From positions 1 through 31,866 of IMG/VR virus record IMGVR_UViG_3300046011_011201: a stretch of 31,866 nt of DNA. One strand, given 5' to 3'. The notes under the pieces were generated by a model. It made no database searches. It had not been told where the DNA came from and saw only the letters and a list, made by a program, of their open reading frames with translations. The first letter of the stretch is position 1. Each line of letters starts with the position of its first letter. The position numbers and the translations under genes were made by a program. Below are positions 1-11,300 of this stretch, one piece after another. Origin of the DNA: a virus (lineage: Duplodnaviria > Caudoviricetes).

Positions 1-1
1 G

Positions 2-121
2 GGATTAAATTCATTAGATCCCCCAGAATCTAAAATTGAAACAAAGAAACAACCTATAAAAACAAAAGCTTTGGGTCAAATAAAAAGTGAAGGGTTAAAG
101 AACATTTTTGATAAATTATGA
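2..121 (+). CDS. 3' end of a truncated upstream gene (hypothetical protein)
   Basis: Frame 2 is open from the window edge (GLNSLDPPESK...EGLKNIFDKL) to TGA at 119-121, overlapping the next ATG (ATGA coupling). Confidence 0.75.
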   Translation, partial: GLNSLDPPESKIETKKQPIKTKALGQIKSEGLKNIFDKL

Positions 122-390
122 TATATATTATTATTTTATTAATTATAGTTATATTCATTTTAGCTTTTGTTATAAGAAATTTACTTCTTAAACAAGAAAA
201 TACTGAAGATGTAATTATTAAATATGAAGAAAGATTTAAATTTATAAATAAAGAATTAGAAAATATAGATATAAAAATAAGTAAAATTGATGAAAAAGAA
301 TCATTTAAAAGTGATGATGAAATAGGATGGTTCTTTAATTCAGTAAAAAAGTTACGTGATGAATTACTGAATTACAAAACAAATATATGA
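118..390 (+). CDS. small membrane-anchored coiled-coil protein
   Basis: Very hydrophobic N-terminal ~22 aa followed by a heptad-like charged helix; ATGA-coupled at both ends. Confidence 0.75.
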   Translation: MIYIIILLIIVIFILAFVIRNLLLKQENTEDVIIKYEERFKFINKELENIDIKISKIDEKESFKSDDEIGWFFNSVKKLRDELLNYKTNI

Positions 391-1292
391 AAAAATCTTC
401 AAAAAATTACTTTACCATAGATACAGAAAATGCTATTATAGAATATAATAAAACTGATGATTCTAGGATAAAAAACAGAATATACTCAGAAAAAATTCAT
501 CATCCATTATTTAAACTTACCCAAAATATTATTCATACCTTCAAATTCTACTATACAGAAGAAACAAATATTGAAGATTTACAACATGAATTAATTATAT
601 TTTTAATTTCCAAATTTTATCGTTATAATCACCGAAGAAACATTCAAGAAAGATTCACTAAAATAATAACTAAAGAATTTAATGAAGAATATAATGATAA
701 TTTTGAAGAATATGTAGGGGATGTAGATAGAGTTACTCAAGATCAAATAGATAGTTTTATAGATTCATTAAATATTACATCCAAGTGTAAAGAAAGACTA
801 AGAAAAATTACTCCCCCCAAAGCATATTCATATTTTGGTACTATTACAAAAAGATGGCTTATTTCATATAATGATAAAAATTATAAAAATAGAAAAAATA
901 GAATTTCTGTTGATAGTATAAAAGAAAATAATGAAATAGATCACAATTTGATTTATGAAAAAGATAAAAGTGTAGATAAATTATACTTTTTTATAGATGA
1001 ATATGTAAAATATTGTGATGAAAATTTATATAATATTTTTCCACCAAAAATAGATAAAAAAACAAAGGAACTTACCTTTCAGGAAGAAGTACAGATAGCA
1101 GATGCTATTTTACAATTATTTAAAAAAAGAGATTCAATTGATATATTTAATAAAAAAGCATTATACATCTATATTAGAGAAATAATAGATGTTAAGACTC
1201 CTAAAATAACTAAAGTTGCTAATATATTATCTGATATTTTTAATAGAAATTATTTATTTTATTTAGAGCATAATTATATAAAATTTGAATAA
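387..1292 (+). CDS. putative phage late-transcription sigma factor (T4 gp55-like, sigma-70 region 2)
   Basis: NYF..TENAIIEY...LFKLTQNII..FKF....EDLQHE...KAYSYFGTITKRWLI resembles the region-2 pattern of gp55/sigma-70 family proteins; it lies just upstream of the structural block. Confidence 0.6.
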   Translation: MKKSSKNYFTIDTENAIIEYNKTDDSRIKNRIYSEKIHHPLFKLTQNIIHTFKFYYTEETNIEDLQHELIIFLISKFYRYNHRRNIQERFTKIITKEFNEEYNDNFEEYVGDVDRVTQDQIDSFIDSLNITSKCKERLRKITPPKAYSYFGTITKRWLISYNDKNYKNRKNRISVDSIKENNEIDHNLIYEKDKSVDKLYFFIDEYVKYCDENLYNIFPPKIDKKTKELTFQEEVQIADAILQLFKKRDSIDIFNKKALYIYIREIIDVKTPKITKVANILSDIFNRNYLFYLEHNYIKFE

Positions 1293-1296
1293 ATTT

Positions 1297-1306
1297 AATA
1301 TTTATA
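1297..1306 (+). promoter_or_regulatory. putative late promoter motif AATATTTATA
   Basis: Intergenic, 15 nt before ATG 1322; the same motif precedes several other genes. Confidence 0.6.
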
Positions 1307-1321
1307 TAAAAATGATATATT

Positions 1322-1660
1322 ATGAGTCAACTAGATCAAATAATTTTTGGAAAAAAATCATTTTCTGAACTTTTAAATGAAATATATAGTAATTCTAAAA
1401 ATAAAGAAAAACAAATATCCACACTTATATCTGAATTAAAACCTTTGATAAATGATATAGGGGATGCTACATTAATTGTTCCTTTAATAAAAGAATATTT
1501 AGAAATAGGAGTAAAGAATGATGAACAGTTAATAAAAATGGCCGCAATTGTACAAAGAGCTTTATTAAATAATTCTAATGGAGAAGAAGGTTTTATAATA
1601 AGTGATTCTGAAAAAGCTCAACTTCTTGAAGAGATAAATAAAATAAATCAAGAAAAATAA
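1322..1660 (+). CDS. hypothetical phage protein (helical)
   Basis: 112 aa ORF preceded by the motif and TAATG-coupled to the next gene. Confidence 0.75.
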   Translation: MSQLDQIIFGKKSFSELLNEIYSNSKNKEKQISTLISELKPLINDIGDATLIVPLIKEYLEIGVKNDEQLIKMAAIVQRALLNNSNGEEGFIISDSEKAQLLEEINKINQEK

Positions 1661-2886
1661 TGTATAGGTATGGATTTGCTGGGTTAAAAAAAGTAGTTTC
1701 CAATCCTAAAACTACAGTAACTTCTATTCCTCAATATTCTGCAGTAAGAGTAAAAGATATAATTTTAGATAGTTCTCACCCATTATTTGAACAATATGGA
1801 GGTTGGAATTCAATAGGAACTATATTTTATGATCAAGTCTCTTCTCCTACTCCATTACCACCAACACAGTTACCATACGCCCTTCCATTTTTTTCTAATA
1901 TAAAAAATTATCCATTAATAAATGAAATAGTATACCTACTTCTACTCCCAGATTTATCTATAGATCAATCAACGGTTAGTAAAATATCTTATTATTTTAC
2001 TCCATTAAACATATGGAATAGTCAACATCATAATGCTTATCCTGATAACATATATGAAGATAATATTCCTGAATCTTTACAAAAAAACTATATTCAAACT
2101 TCACAAGGTTCACCAAATATAGTTCCAAATAATGAAGCTGGAATAAATTTAGGGCAAACATTTAAAGAAAAATCAAATATTAATCCTCTTCTTCCATATG
2201 AAGGAGATATGATATTTGAAGGTAGATGGGGAAATTCAATAAGAATAGGAAGTACTGTAAAAAATTCTAATATAAAAAATTTATGGTCTTCTTTTGGAGA
2301 TGATGGTGATCCTATAATTATTTTACGAAATGGACAAGGAGTTAAATCAAATAATGGTTGGGAAAATATTTTAGAAAACATAAATGAAGATTTAAGTTCA
2401 CTATATATAACATCTAAACAAAAAATTCCAATTAATGTATCATCTAAAAGATATAGTTCTTTTTCTACCAAACCTACTGATCCTCAAGAATATAATAATA
2501 ATCAAATAATCCTAAATTCAGGACGAATATTATTAAATTCTAATTTAGATCATATATTATTAAGTTCTATAAAAAGTGTAGGATTTTCATCTATAGAATC
2601 TGTAAATGTAGATACAAATATATTTGTTGTAAACTCAACTAAATCATATTTAGGCTCAATTAAAGCTACTGAACCTATCCTATTAGGAAACCAAACCACA
2701 GATTTACTAAAACAGCTTATTTCAAATCTTCAAGAATTTATGCAAGTATGTTCTATATTAGCATACGGAAAAGAAGGAACTCCTATTACTCAATTAAACT
2801 TAATATCTGCAGAAGTAAAACTTGTTTTAGATAATCTTATAACCAATATAGATTCAATAAAATCTAAAAATAACTTTACAACATAA
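1660..2886 (+). CDS. putative baseplate hub/central spike protein (Gp5/GpV-like)
   Basis: N-terminal OB-fold-like VRVKDIIL...YPLINEIV; EGDMIFEGRWGNSIRIGS; beta-rich C-terminal half (IILNSGRILLNS...); located upstream of gp25/gp6-like genes. Confidence 0.55.
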   Translation: MYRYGFAGLKKVVSNPKTTVTSIPQYSAVRVKDIILDSSHPLFEQYGGWNSIGTIFYDQVSSPTPLPPTQLPYALPFFSNIKNYPLINEIVYLLLLPDLSIDQSTVSKISYYFTPLNIWNSQHHNAYPDNIYEDNIPESLQKNYIQTSQGSPNIVPNNEAGINLGQTFKEKSNINPLLPYEGDMIFEGRWGNSIRIGSTVKNSNIKNLWSSFGDDGDPIIILRNGQGVKSNNGWENILENINEDLSSLYITSKQKIPINVSSKRYSSFSTKPTDPQEYNNNQIILNSGRILLNSNLDHILLSSIKSVGFSSIESVNVDTNIFVVNSTKSYLGSIKATEPILLGNQTTDLLKQLISNLQEFMQVCSILAYGKEGTPITQLNLISAEVKLVLDNLITNIDSIKSKNNFTT

Positions 2887-4119
2887 ATGGAAATTATATA
2901 CAGATTTAAAATTTTAGATTCTGAAACAAATTTTCCATTAAAAGAATCTGTTGTGAATATATTTTCTCCACCTGTTCCATTAATTAAAATAGGACAACCT
3001 GATGAAAGTGGGGAAGTAATGATTAAAAAATTAGATAGTGAATTTTTAGGATATATTAATACTGGTAATATTCCATATGGATTTAGAATTCAATCAAATG
3101 GTTATAAAGATGTTAATATATTTGCTTTAGATGAAGCTGAAAATCCTATAGTTAATAATTATATAGATTTAGGAAACATATATTTAACTAAATCAAAATT
3201 AGATACTAATAAAGCCAATACATTATTACAAAAAGCTAATGCTGGTGAAATAGAAAGAAATTCTCCATCAAGTATAAAAATAAAAGGAGAAGGTAAATTA
3301 GTTCAAATTTTGACTAAAAATACTATTGATTTAAAATCTCAATTAGTACCTCCAATTTTAGATTTAATATCAAGTTTTGGTATATCTCAATTAGATCAAA
3401 TATTATCAAACCCTAACATATATCAAGATCCTAATCAACTTTCACAATTACTAAAAACAATTCCTAAACAATGTCCTAGTAATATTAATGAAATAATTCA
3501 AAAAAGAAATCTTCTTGTAAAACAACTAAACACAGCATATACTTCTATAACTATAGTTTCTACTTCTTTAACAGGATTAAATACTCTTATAGAAATATTC
3601 CAAACAGTAATCCCAATATTTTCAGCACTTCCTATTCCTAACCAATTTACTACAGTAGGATTAGTAATAACTCTTAAAGAAGCTCAAGATAAACTTAAAG
3701 ATTTCTTATCAACATTATCAACAGTCACAAGCTCAGCAGCTTTAGTATTAGCTATTATGGCTAATGTTTTAAAACTATTAATAACATTGTTACAAATGTT
3801 AGATTTATTAATAAAAGATTGTTCTGAAGAACAGAATATACCATTTTCTGAAGTAAATAGTGAAATTTCATCATTAACTTCTAATCAAGCCATAATAAAT
3901 ATGCAGTCTCAACAAGTTACATATCGAGGATTTATTTTAGAAGTAATTTTGGAACCCACAACAGAAGACATAACTTATCCTAAAAGAAGAGCAGTAGCTA
4001 AAAACACAACAGGAGTTATAATATTGAAAGGAGAAGCATCCTTTTCCTCAGATATTCAAGTACTCATAGATGAATTAAAATTTATAATTGATTCTCAACC
4101 TAATTTAAGACCTGAATAA
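2887..4119 (+). CDS. hypothetical virion-associated protein with long hydrophobic helices
   Basis: 410 aa; beta-rich N-terminus and hydrophobic helical region at about aa 215-310; within the baseplate block. Confidence 0.65.
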   Translation: MEIIYRFKILDSETNFPLKESVVNIFSPPVPLIKIGQPDESGEVMIKKLDSEFLGYINTGNIPYGFRIQSNGYKDVNIFALDEAENPIVNNYIDLGNIYLTKSKLDTNKANTLLQKANAGEIERNSPSSIKIKGEGKLVQILTKNTIDLKSQLVPPILDLISSFGISQLDQILSNPNIYQDPNQLSQLLKTIPKQCPSNINEIIQKRNLLVKQLNTAYTSITIVSTSLTGLNTLIEIFQTVIPIFSALPIPNQFTTVGLVITLKEAQDKLKDFLSTLSTVTSSAALVLAIMANVLKLLITLLQMLDLLIKDCSEEQNIPFSEVNSEISSLTSNQAIINMQSQQVTYRGFILEVILEPTTEDITYPKRRAVAKNTTGVIILKGEASFSSDIQVLIDELKFIIDSQPNLRPE

Positions 4120-4123
4120 ATTA

Positions 4124-4133
4124 AATATTTATA
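4124..4133 (+). promoter_or_regulatory. putative late promoter motif AATATTTATA
   Basis: Occupies the 17-nt intergenic gap, 3 nt before ATG 4137. Confidence 0.55.
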
Positions 4134-4136
4134 ATC

Positions 4137-4538
4137 ATGAATAAACTAGAATTTAAAAAACTTATTAAAGAAGCCGTAAAAGAAGTTATAGCTGATGATT
4201 TTAAAGAAATAATTAAAGAATCTCTTATAGAAATTCTTTCTACCCATACTAATAATACTCCTAAAAAATCACCACAAGTTTCAATTAAAGAACATATGAT
4301 TTCTCCAATAAATTTAAATTCTTCACCTAAATTTCAATCAACTGGAGATCCTATTAAAGATATATTAAATGAAACGGCTAAATCCTTTGGTAATAGTGAT
4401 TGGAAAAATTTTTCAAATCACACAACAGACTCACTAAATAACTTTAATCCAGGAGTTAATGTTAATACTGCTACAGAAGGTAGTAGTTTACCTGCAGGTG
4501 AAGTTAGTTTAGATCAAATAATGGGATTGATAAAATAA
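4137..4538 (+). CDS. hypothetical protein with MxKxEFKKLIKE-type leader
   Basis: 133 aa; N-terminus MNKLEFKKLIKEAVKE resembles the starts of the 25723 and 26491 ORFs. Confidence 0.75.
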   Translation: MNKLEFKKLIKEAVKEVIADDFKEIIKESLIEILSTHTNNTPKKSPQVSIKEHMISPINLNSSPKFQSTGDPIKDILNETAKSFGNSDWKNFSNHTTDSLNNFNPGVNVNTATEGSSLPAGEVSLDQIMGLIK

Positions 4539-4945
4539 TGGCTATAAGAATTCCAAATAAAAATCCTTTAGAAGTCCAAGCAAGAAATGGAATAGGAATA
4601 GCTTTACCATTAAATGGATCTGCAATATTTAAAACAACATATACTACTAAAGATACTATTAAAAATAATTTAATCAATTTTATTTTAACCAATCAAAATG
4701 AAAGAATATTTAATTTAAATTTTGGTGGTAATTTAAGAGCACAATTATTTAATCAACTTACTCAAGACAATGTGGATAATCTTTTATTAAATATATCTTC
4801 CCAAATATCATTATACTTTCCTCAAGTTAACATACTTGAACTCTTAGTAACCCCTATTCCAGATGCTAATCAATTAAAAATAAATTTAACGTATAGTGTA
4901 ACAAATGGAGGAATAACAGATAATATTGAATTAACTTTTAGCTAA
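4538..4945 (+). CDS. baseplate wedge subunit, T4 gp25/GpW-like
   Basis: IKNNLINFILTNQNERIFNLNFGGNLRAQLF matches the gp25/GPW signature (L.T..GER...P.FG..L...LF); 135 aa; directly upstream of a gp6/J-like gene. Confidence 0.85.
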   Translation: MAIRIPNKNPLEVQARNGIGIALPLNGSAIFKTTYTTKDTIKNNLINFILTNQNERIFNLNFGGNLRAQLFNQLTQDNVDNLLLNISSQISLYFPQVNILELLVTPIPDANQLKINLTYSVTNGGITDNIELTFS

Positions 4946-6801
4946 TGGCAACAAATAAAGACATAAAATATCTAAATCGTGATTTTGCTAGTTTTAGGCA
5001 AAAATTAATAGACTATTCTAAAACATATTTTCCTACAACATATAATGATTTTACTCCTTCTTCCATAGGGATGATGTTTATGGAAATGTCTTCGTATGTA
5101 GGAGATGTTTTAAGTTTTTATCTTGATACTCAAATACAAGAAACTTTTATACAATATGCTAAACAAAAAGAAAATTTATTTAATTTAGCATATATGTTAG
5201 GTTATAAACCTAAAGTTACAACTGCCGCAACTGTAAATATAGATATTTATCAAATAGTACCTTCTATCCTTTCAGGAAGCCAATCAGTTCCTGATTTTGA
5301 TTATGCTTTATATATAAATAAAAATGCATTAATTCAATCTAATTTAACTAATGGAGGTACATTTTTAATTGAAGATGATATAAATTTTACATATTCCTCA
5401 TCATATGATCCTACAGAAATATCTGTATATCAAATAGTAGGAAATGAACCTAGTTATTTTCTTCTTAAAAAATCTAGAAAAGCAATATCTGCTAAAATAA
5501 ATTCAACAAATGTTTCATTTAACGCTCCTGAACAATTTGCCACAATAGAAATAAATAGTTCTAATATAATAGGGATATTAGATATAATGGATAATAATGG
5601 AAACGAATGGTATGAAGTTCCATATTTAGCTCAAGAAACAATATTTAATTCTATAAAAAATATAAATGTAAATGATCCTAATTTCAGTATATATAATGAT
5701 GTTCCTTATTTATTGAAATTAGAAAAAATACAAAGACGTTTTTCAACCAAATTTCTTAATGAAACCACACTTCAATTACAATTTGGATCAGGAGTATCCA
5801 CAGATACAGATGAAGAAATAGTTCCTAATTCTAATAACATAGGAATAGGATTATCATTTGGACAAAATAAATTAACTACTGCTTATGCACCTTCAAATAT
5901 ATTATATACTGGTACTTATGGGATTGCTCCTTCAAATACTACATTAACTATAAGATATTTAATTGGAGGAGGAGTTAATTCAAATGTACCTTCTGAAACA
6001 CTTACAACAGTACAATCCGCTGATATAAAATTTTTAAAATCAAATTTAAATAATATAACAGCTCAAACAGTATTTAATAGTATAGCAGTAACTAATCCTA
6101 AAGCAGCTTCAGGAGGAAAAGATGGAGACACTTTAGAAGAAATTAGACAAAACTCTTTAAATTCATTCCAATCTCAATTAAGAGCAGTTACTGTAGATGA
6201 TTATACTATTAGAGCTTTAAGTATGCCATCAAAATATGGATGTATTTCTAAAATATACACAACACCTCAAAAATTAGAAGATTTAGAAATAGGAGAATCT
6301 CCATCAGTATTAAACATGTATGTACTAAGTTACAATACAGATAAAAAATTAAATTATGCTTCTGATGCTTTAAAACAGAATATATCTACATACTTATCCC
6401 AATACAGAATGATTAATGATTCTATTAAAATAAAAGATGCTTTTATAATTAATATAGGAGTAGAATTTGAAATAATAACCCTCCCAGATTATGTAAGTAA
6501 TGAAGTTTTAATTTTATGTGTAGAAGCTTTAAAAAATTACTTTGATATAGATAAATGGCAAATAAATCAACCTATTTTATTAAGAAATTTATATGTTCTT
6601 TTAGACAGAATTAATGGTGTTCAAACTGTTAAAAGTATTAAAATAACTAATAAAAATGGGGTAATAAATGGGTATTCTCAATATTCATATGATATTGAAG
6701 GAGCAACATATAATAATGTTGTATATCCTAGTTTAGATCCATGTATATTTGAAGTTAGGTATCCTAACACAGATATAATAGGAAGAGTAACTAGTTTTTA
6801 A
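4945..6801 (+). CDS. baseplate wedge subunit, T4 gp6/baseplate J-like
   Basis: RDFASFRQKLIDY...YNDF..SS.G; LAYMLGYKP; ASGGKDGDTLEEIRQN...QLRAVTVDDY are typical gp6/J motifs. Confidence 0.9.
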   Translation: MATNKDIKYLNRDFASFRQKLIDYSKTYFPTTYNDFTPSSIGMMFMEMSSYVGDVLSFYLDTQIQETFIQYAKQKENLFNLAYMLGYKPKVTTAATVNIDIYQIVPSILSGSQSVPDFDYALYINKNALIQSNLTNGGTFLIEDDINFTYSSSYDPTEISVYQIVGNEPSYFLLKKSRKAISAKINSTNVSFNAPEQFATIEINSSNIIGILDIMDNNGNEWYEVPYLAQETIFNSIKNINVNDPNFSIYNDVPYLLKLEKIQRRFSTKFLNETTLQLQFGSGVSTDTDEEIVPNSNNIGIGLSFGQNKLTTAYAPSNILYTGTYGIAPSNTTLTIRYLIGGGVNSNVPSETLTTVQSADIKFLKSNLNNITAQTVFNSIAVTNPKAASGGKDGDTLEEIRQNSLNSFQSQLRAVTVDDYTIRALSMPSKYGCISKIYTTPQKLEDLEIGESPSVLNMYVLSYNTDKKLNYASDALKQNISTYLSQYRMINDSIKIKDAFIINIGVEFEIITLPDYVSNEVLILCVEALKNYFDIDKWQINQPILLRNLYVLLDRINGVQTVKSIKITNKNGVINGYSQYSYDIEGATYNNVVYPSLDPCIFEVRYPNTDIIGRVTSF

Positions 6802-6808
6802 TTTCTTT

Positions 6809-6818
6809 AATATTTATA
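6809..6818 (+). promoter_or_regulatory. putative late promoter motif AATATTTATA
   Basis: Intergenic, 13 nt before ATG 6832. Confidence 0.6.
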
Positions 6819-6831
6819 ACCAAAATAAAAA

Positions 6832-7962
6832 ATGGCTGTTTACAAAATTTTTCCTTCTAAGGATGCCACTATATATTCAATAAGTCCTCTATCTAATTCT
6901 GGATTAGATGAAATTATAGAAACATCATTAAATCCTGAAGGAGATTTAACAAATACTGGCCCACAAGTAAGTAGAATATTAATACAATTTGATTCAACTG
7001 AAATAACAGATATTATTAATAATAAAATTTCTGGTTCTCAATGGAATTCAAATTTAAAATTATTTAAAGCTAATATAGAAGGTTTAAATAACACTACAAT
7101 ACTTTATATATACCCTATTTCAAATCCATGGGCAATGGGAACTGGAAAATTTTATGATTTACCTGTAATATCCAATGGATGTAGTTGGATATATACCCAA
7201 GCTTCTGGTTCTACTAAATGGGCTACTTCAAGTTTTGGAGCATATATAACAGCTTCATTCCCTTCTTCTAATCCTGGAGGGGGAAATTGGTATACTGGTT
7301 CTTCAAATCTATCTTTAAATATAGTTCAAACTCAAAGTTTTGATTATTATAGTGATTTGGATATCAATGTGAATGTTACAGATACTATTAAAGCATGGGT
7401 TAGTGGTACTTTTAATAATAATGGATTTTTAATAAAACAAGATAATTCATCTGAATTTAATTCAAATGAATATTATGATATACAAATGAAATACTATTCA
7501 AGAGATACTCATACTATATATCCTCCATTATTAGAATTTAAATGGGATGATTATTTATTCTCAACAGGTTCTTCATACTCTGAAATCAATACTTCAGAAT
7601 TAGTATTTACCATTCCTAATAATAAACAAGAATATCCTAAAAACAATATTGAAAAATTTAGAATAAATATAAGACCTACATATCCTACTAGAGTATTTCA
7701 AACTTCATCTGTATATTTAAATAATTATTTTTTACCTACAAGTTCATATTATGCTATTAAAGATTTAGATACTAATGAATTTGTTGTAGATTTTGATACA
7801 ACTTATACTAAAATAAGTACTGATTCTACATCAAATTATTTTAATTTATACATGAATGGATTACAAGAAGAAAGATATTATGAAATTTTAATAAAAACTG
7901 TTGTAGATGGTTCAACTATAATATTAAGTAATAATCAATATTTTAAAATTGTAAATGGATAA
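6832..7962 (+). CDS. virion structural protein, possibly with a DNRLRE-like beta-sandwich domain
   Basis: KDATIYS...N.G.DEI...SRILIQFD...NNGFLIK...YSRDT...PPLLEFKW pattern; beta-rich; baseplate context. Confidence 0.55.
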   Translation: MAVYKIFPSKDATIYSISPLSNSGLDEIIETSLNPEGDLTNTGPQVSRILIQFDSTEITDIINNKISGSQWNSNLKLFKANIEGLNNTTILYIYPISNPWAMGTGKFYDLPVISNGCSWIYTQASGSTKWATSSFGAYITASFPSSNPGGGNWYTGSSNLSLNIVQTQSFDYYSDLDINVNVTDTIKAWVSGTFNNNGFLIKQDNSSEFNSNEYYDIQMKYYSRDTHTIYPPLLEFKWDDYLFSTGSSYSEINTSELVFTIPNNKQEYPKNNIEKFRINIRPTYPTRVFQTSSVYLNNYFLPTSSYYAIKDLDTNEFVVDFDTTYTKISTDSTSNYFNLYMNGLQEERYYEILIKTVVDGSTIILSNNQYFKIVNG

Positions 7963-8302
7963 TATTAATCTAAATAGATTAGTTTATGATAAAACTCAAT
8001 TTGAGAATACTATTGATACTAAATTTTCTCAATTAGTTTCTCCACCTCCATTAGAAGAACCTTTACCTACTATAGAGGAATTTTTTTCATATTATAATAA
8101 ATTATTCTTTAATATACCTCAGTTTGGGAATATAAATTCTCATGAATATCTTATTAAAACATCAACTGATTATATAAAACCTGAAGAAACAGATCCTATA
8201 TATGAAGCATTGATAGCTGAAATAAATGATTTGAGAAGAGAATTATTATCTGCTAATGAAAGATTTAATACTTTGCAAAATAATTTAAGTAATTTACCAT
8301 AA
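7955..8302 (+). CDS. hypothetical structural protein with C-terminal coiled coil
   Basis: 115 aa, overlaps the upstream stop; heptads LIAEINDLRRELLSANERFNTLQ. Confidence 0.7.
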   Translation: MDNINLNRLVYDKTQFENTIDTKFSQLVSPPPLEEPLPTIEEFFSYYNKLFFNIPQFGNINSHEYLIKTSTDYIKPEETDPIYEALIAEINDLRRELLSANERFNTLQNNLSNLP

Positions 8303-8306
8303 ATAA

Positions 8307-11300
8307 ATGGCTGAACCTATAATTACAAATATAAACCCTATAAAATTTTCATATCAAGAAATATCAAATAATGATACATCTTTAATAAAAAATTTTGATA
8401 TATATTCTAATTTTGGAAACCCAAACACTTATTCAGAATTCCATATATATAATAATGAAATTTTAATCTTTTCAGATTTAAATTACACTCATTATTCTGT
8501 TATAAATAATCCTTCTCAAGCGGGTACTACTAATGATAGTATAAGTTCTATATCTGAAATAAGTGTAGATGTTGTTAAAGATTTAGAAAATGTCGGTATT
8601 TCTGAAGGAATAATAGAAACAGTTTATACATTTTTTAATAAAAAATTTGGTTCATCCCCATCAGATAAATTCTTTATAAAAGAAATTTCTTCAGATAGAA
8701 CAGAATTAAAATTATATTCTAATACTATTTTATCTAATACCATAACTACAGATTATAATAATTATGCTTCCTTTAAAGCAAATAATCCTTATTTTACAGA
8801 TTATAAATTAAATTTTGGAGATAATAATTTAATAATAGCTGTAAATTTTTTAACCCAAGTAGAAAACAATAATTTAGTATTATTAGTTAAATTATACGAA
8901 CCATTACCACTTCAATTTGATATAAAATCGGAATTATGGATTGTTGAAGAAGCAGCAAATCCAATAGGATTTAATGTTGAATTTCCCCCTGAAATAATAG
9001 AAGTAGATGATAGTATATATATTCAAGGTCCAAACTTAAATATAGATATTTTAGATCAAATAAGTAATTCTACTACTTTTCAAAATTATAATAGTTTAAC
9101 ATCAACTACAAATACTAGTTCTTTAAACCAATTAAAAAGCTTATTAGAAGATCAAAGTATTCAAATAAATATCGATTATGAAGATTACTCTAATTTCATA
9201 AAATTTAGTTCAGCATATCAAAGATTATATAATTTTTATTTAAAAGTAAAAAATATTGAAAATTATAATAATGATATAAACCAAATCACTTCAAACATTA
9301 CAGGTTCATCTTCATCATCATATCATATTTCATCTTCAATAACAATTTTACAAAATAATATAACTAATATTATAGAAAATTTTGATGGATATGAATATTT
9401 TTTATATTATGAATCAAGTTCTTATTCTTGGCCTAAAAATAACTTCAACCCAGTAACTTTATATTCTACAGGAAGTGCTCAAACTCTTACATGGTATAAT
9501 AACCAAACTTCCTCAGCTATACTATATGATAATCAAAATAAAGATTATTTAGTATATACTATTCCTGAATATTTAAGAACGGATGAAGATAATACTCCAT
9601 ATCTAGAATTTGTAGATATGGTAGGGCAGCATTATGATAATATTTTCATTTATTTAAAATCTATAACAGATAAATTAGTTGCTGATAATAGATTAACATC
9701 CGGAATAGCCCAAGATTTAACTTCAGATGTATTAAAATCTTTAGGTTTAGAAATATATCAAAATAATTTTACAACAAATGATTTATTTGCTTCATATTTA
9801 GGTGTTACTCCAAGTCTTAATACGCAATTTACGGGAAGTGAGCTCATTACAACGTACATAACAGCGTCTATAAGCGGTTCTCTTTCATCTTCATTGGTCC
9901 CCATCGCAACTTTAAATAATAGTATTTATAAACGTTTATATAACAATTTACCTTATTTATTAAAGAAAAAAGGAACAGTAGATGGTATAAAAACATTATT
10001 AAATATATATGGAATACCTGATACCTTAATTAGAATAAATGAATATGGAGGGAAAGACGATATAAATGTTAATGATTATGATTATTATTTTGAAAGATAT
10101 TCAAATGCTTTTAAAACATATCAACAAGCTCAACCTATAATCCCATGGCTTCCTTTATATAGAAATCTTTTAGCAGAAGGAAATTTTAATGTACCTGATG
10201 AAATACTTTTTAGATTTAAAACTAATGGAATACCAAGTTCATCAAATTATCAACAATATTTATTAGTTAAAACAAGTAATGAAAATTCTTCTAAATTTGA
10301 TTTTGGTATCCAATTAAATTATACAGGTTCATCATTAGTAAGTGGTTCATATAGTGGTTCTGTAGCTACAAGTTCAAAATATTATGGTGATTTAAAATTA
10401 CTTATTTCTGGAGCATTTGGATATGTTACTTCTAGTAATATTAATTTACCATTTTTTGATGGAGATTGGTGGAGTATTTCATTATATAAAAATACCCATA
10501 CTTCAGAAAGTATTATAAATAATGATTATGTTTTAAGAACAGCAAATAAAATATATAATGGACCAGATGGATTTACTATAGGATATACGGGTTCAACTTC
10601 ATTAAGTATTACTGGTTCAACTTCTTCATCATATAATACTTCATGGAATATATATAAACCCTTCACTTCATCATATGTTCCTTATGGCGCGTTATTAGGA
10701 GGATTTTCATCTTCCATATTTTCAGGCTCATTTCAAGAATTTAGATACCATTCACATAAGATAAATTCTTCTACTTTCTATGATTATACTATGAACCCTA
10801 ATTCAATAGAAGGTATAAATATTACAGGTTCACTTTCATATTTTGATATAGTTAATTTTAGAGCCCCATTAGGAAATGAATTAGAAGCTGAATTTTCATC
10901 TTCTCTTACTTCTTCTAATTCTTCAAGCTATAATTCCCATCATCCAGCATATTCTGGTTCTTACCCAACAGCATCTTTTATTTTAGGAGGTTCATTATAT
11001 GGCTTTGGAATATATGGAGGTAATACTTATGGGGGGCCATTAACTTCAAGTAATAATTTTGATGTAGTATATTATAGCTCTTCAATTAGATATAATAATT
11101 CTGTAGATAATATAGAATATTATTATCAAGATCAACCAATAATAGGAATTCAAAATCCTAATTCTAATAAAATACAAATAGTTAGTTCTAGTAATTATGA
11201 AAATGTATTATCATTACAACAATCTATCCAACAACAATATTTTATAAGTTCTTTTAATTCCTCATCTGGAAATTATACAAAGGATATAAATTATGTTGAA

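Noticed and set aside
2094-2471. Minus-strand 125-aa ORF
   Set aside because: Antisense shadow of the well-supported spike gene, with no motifs.
4504-4692. Minus-strand 62-aa hydrophobic ORF
   Set aside because: Overlaps the gp25-like gene; hydrophobicity is expected from the antisense of AT-rich coding DNA.
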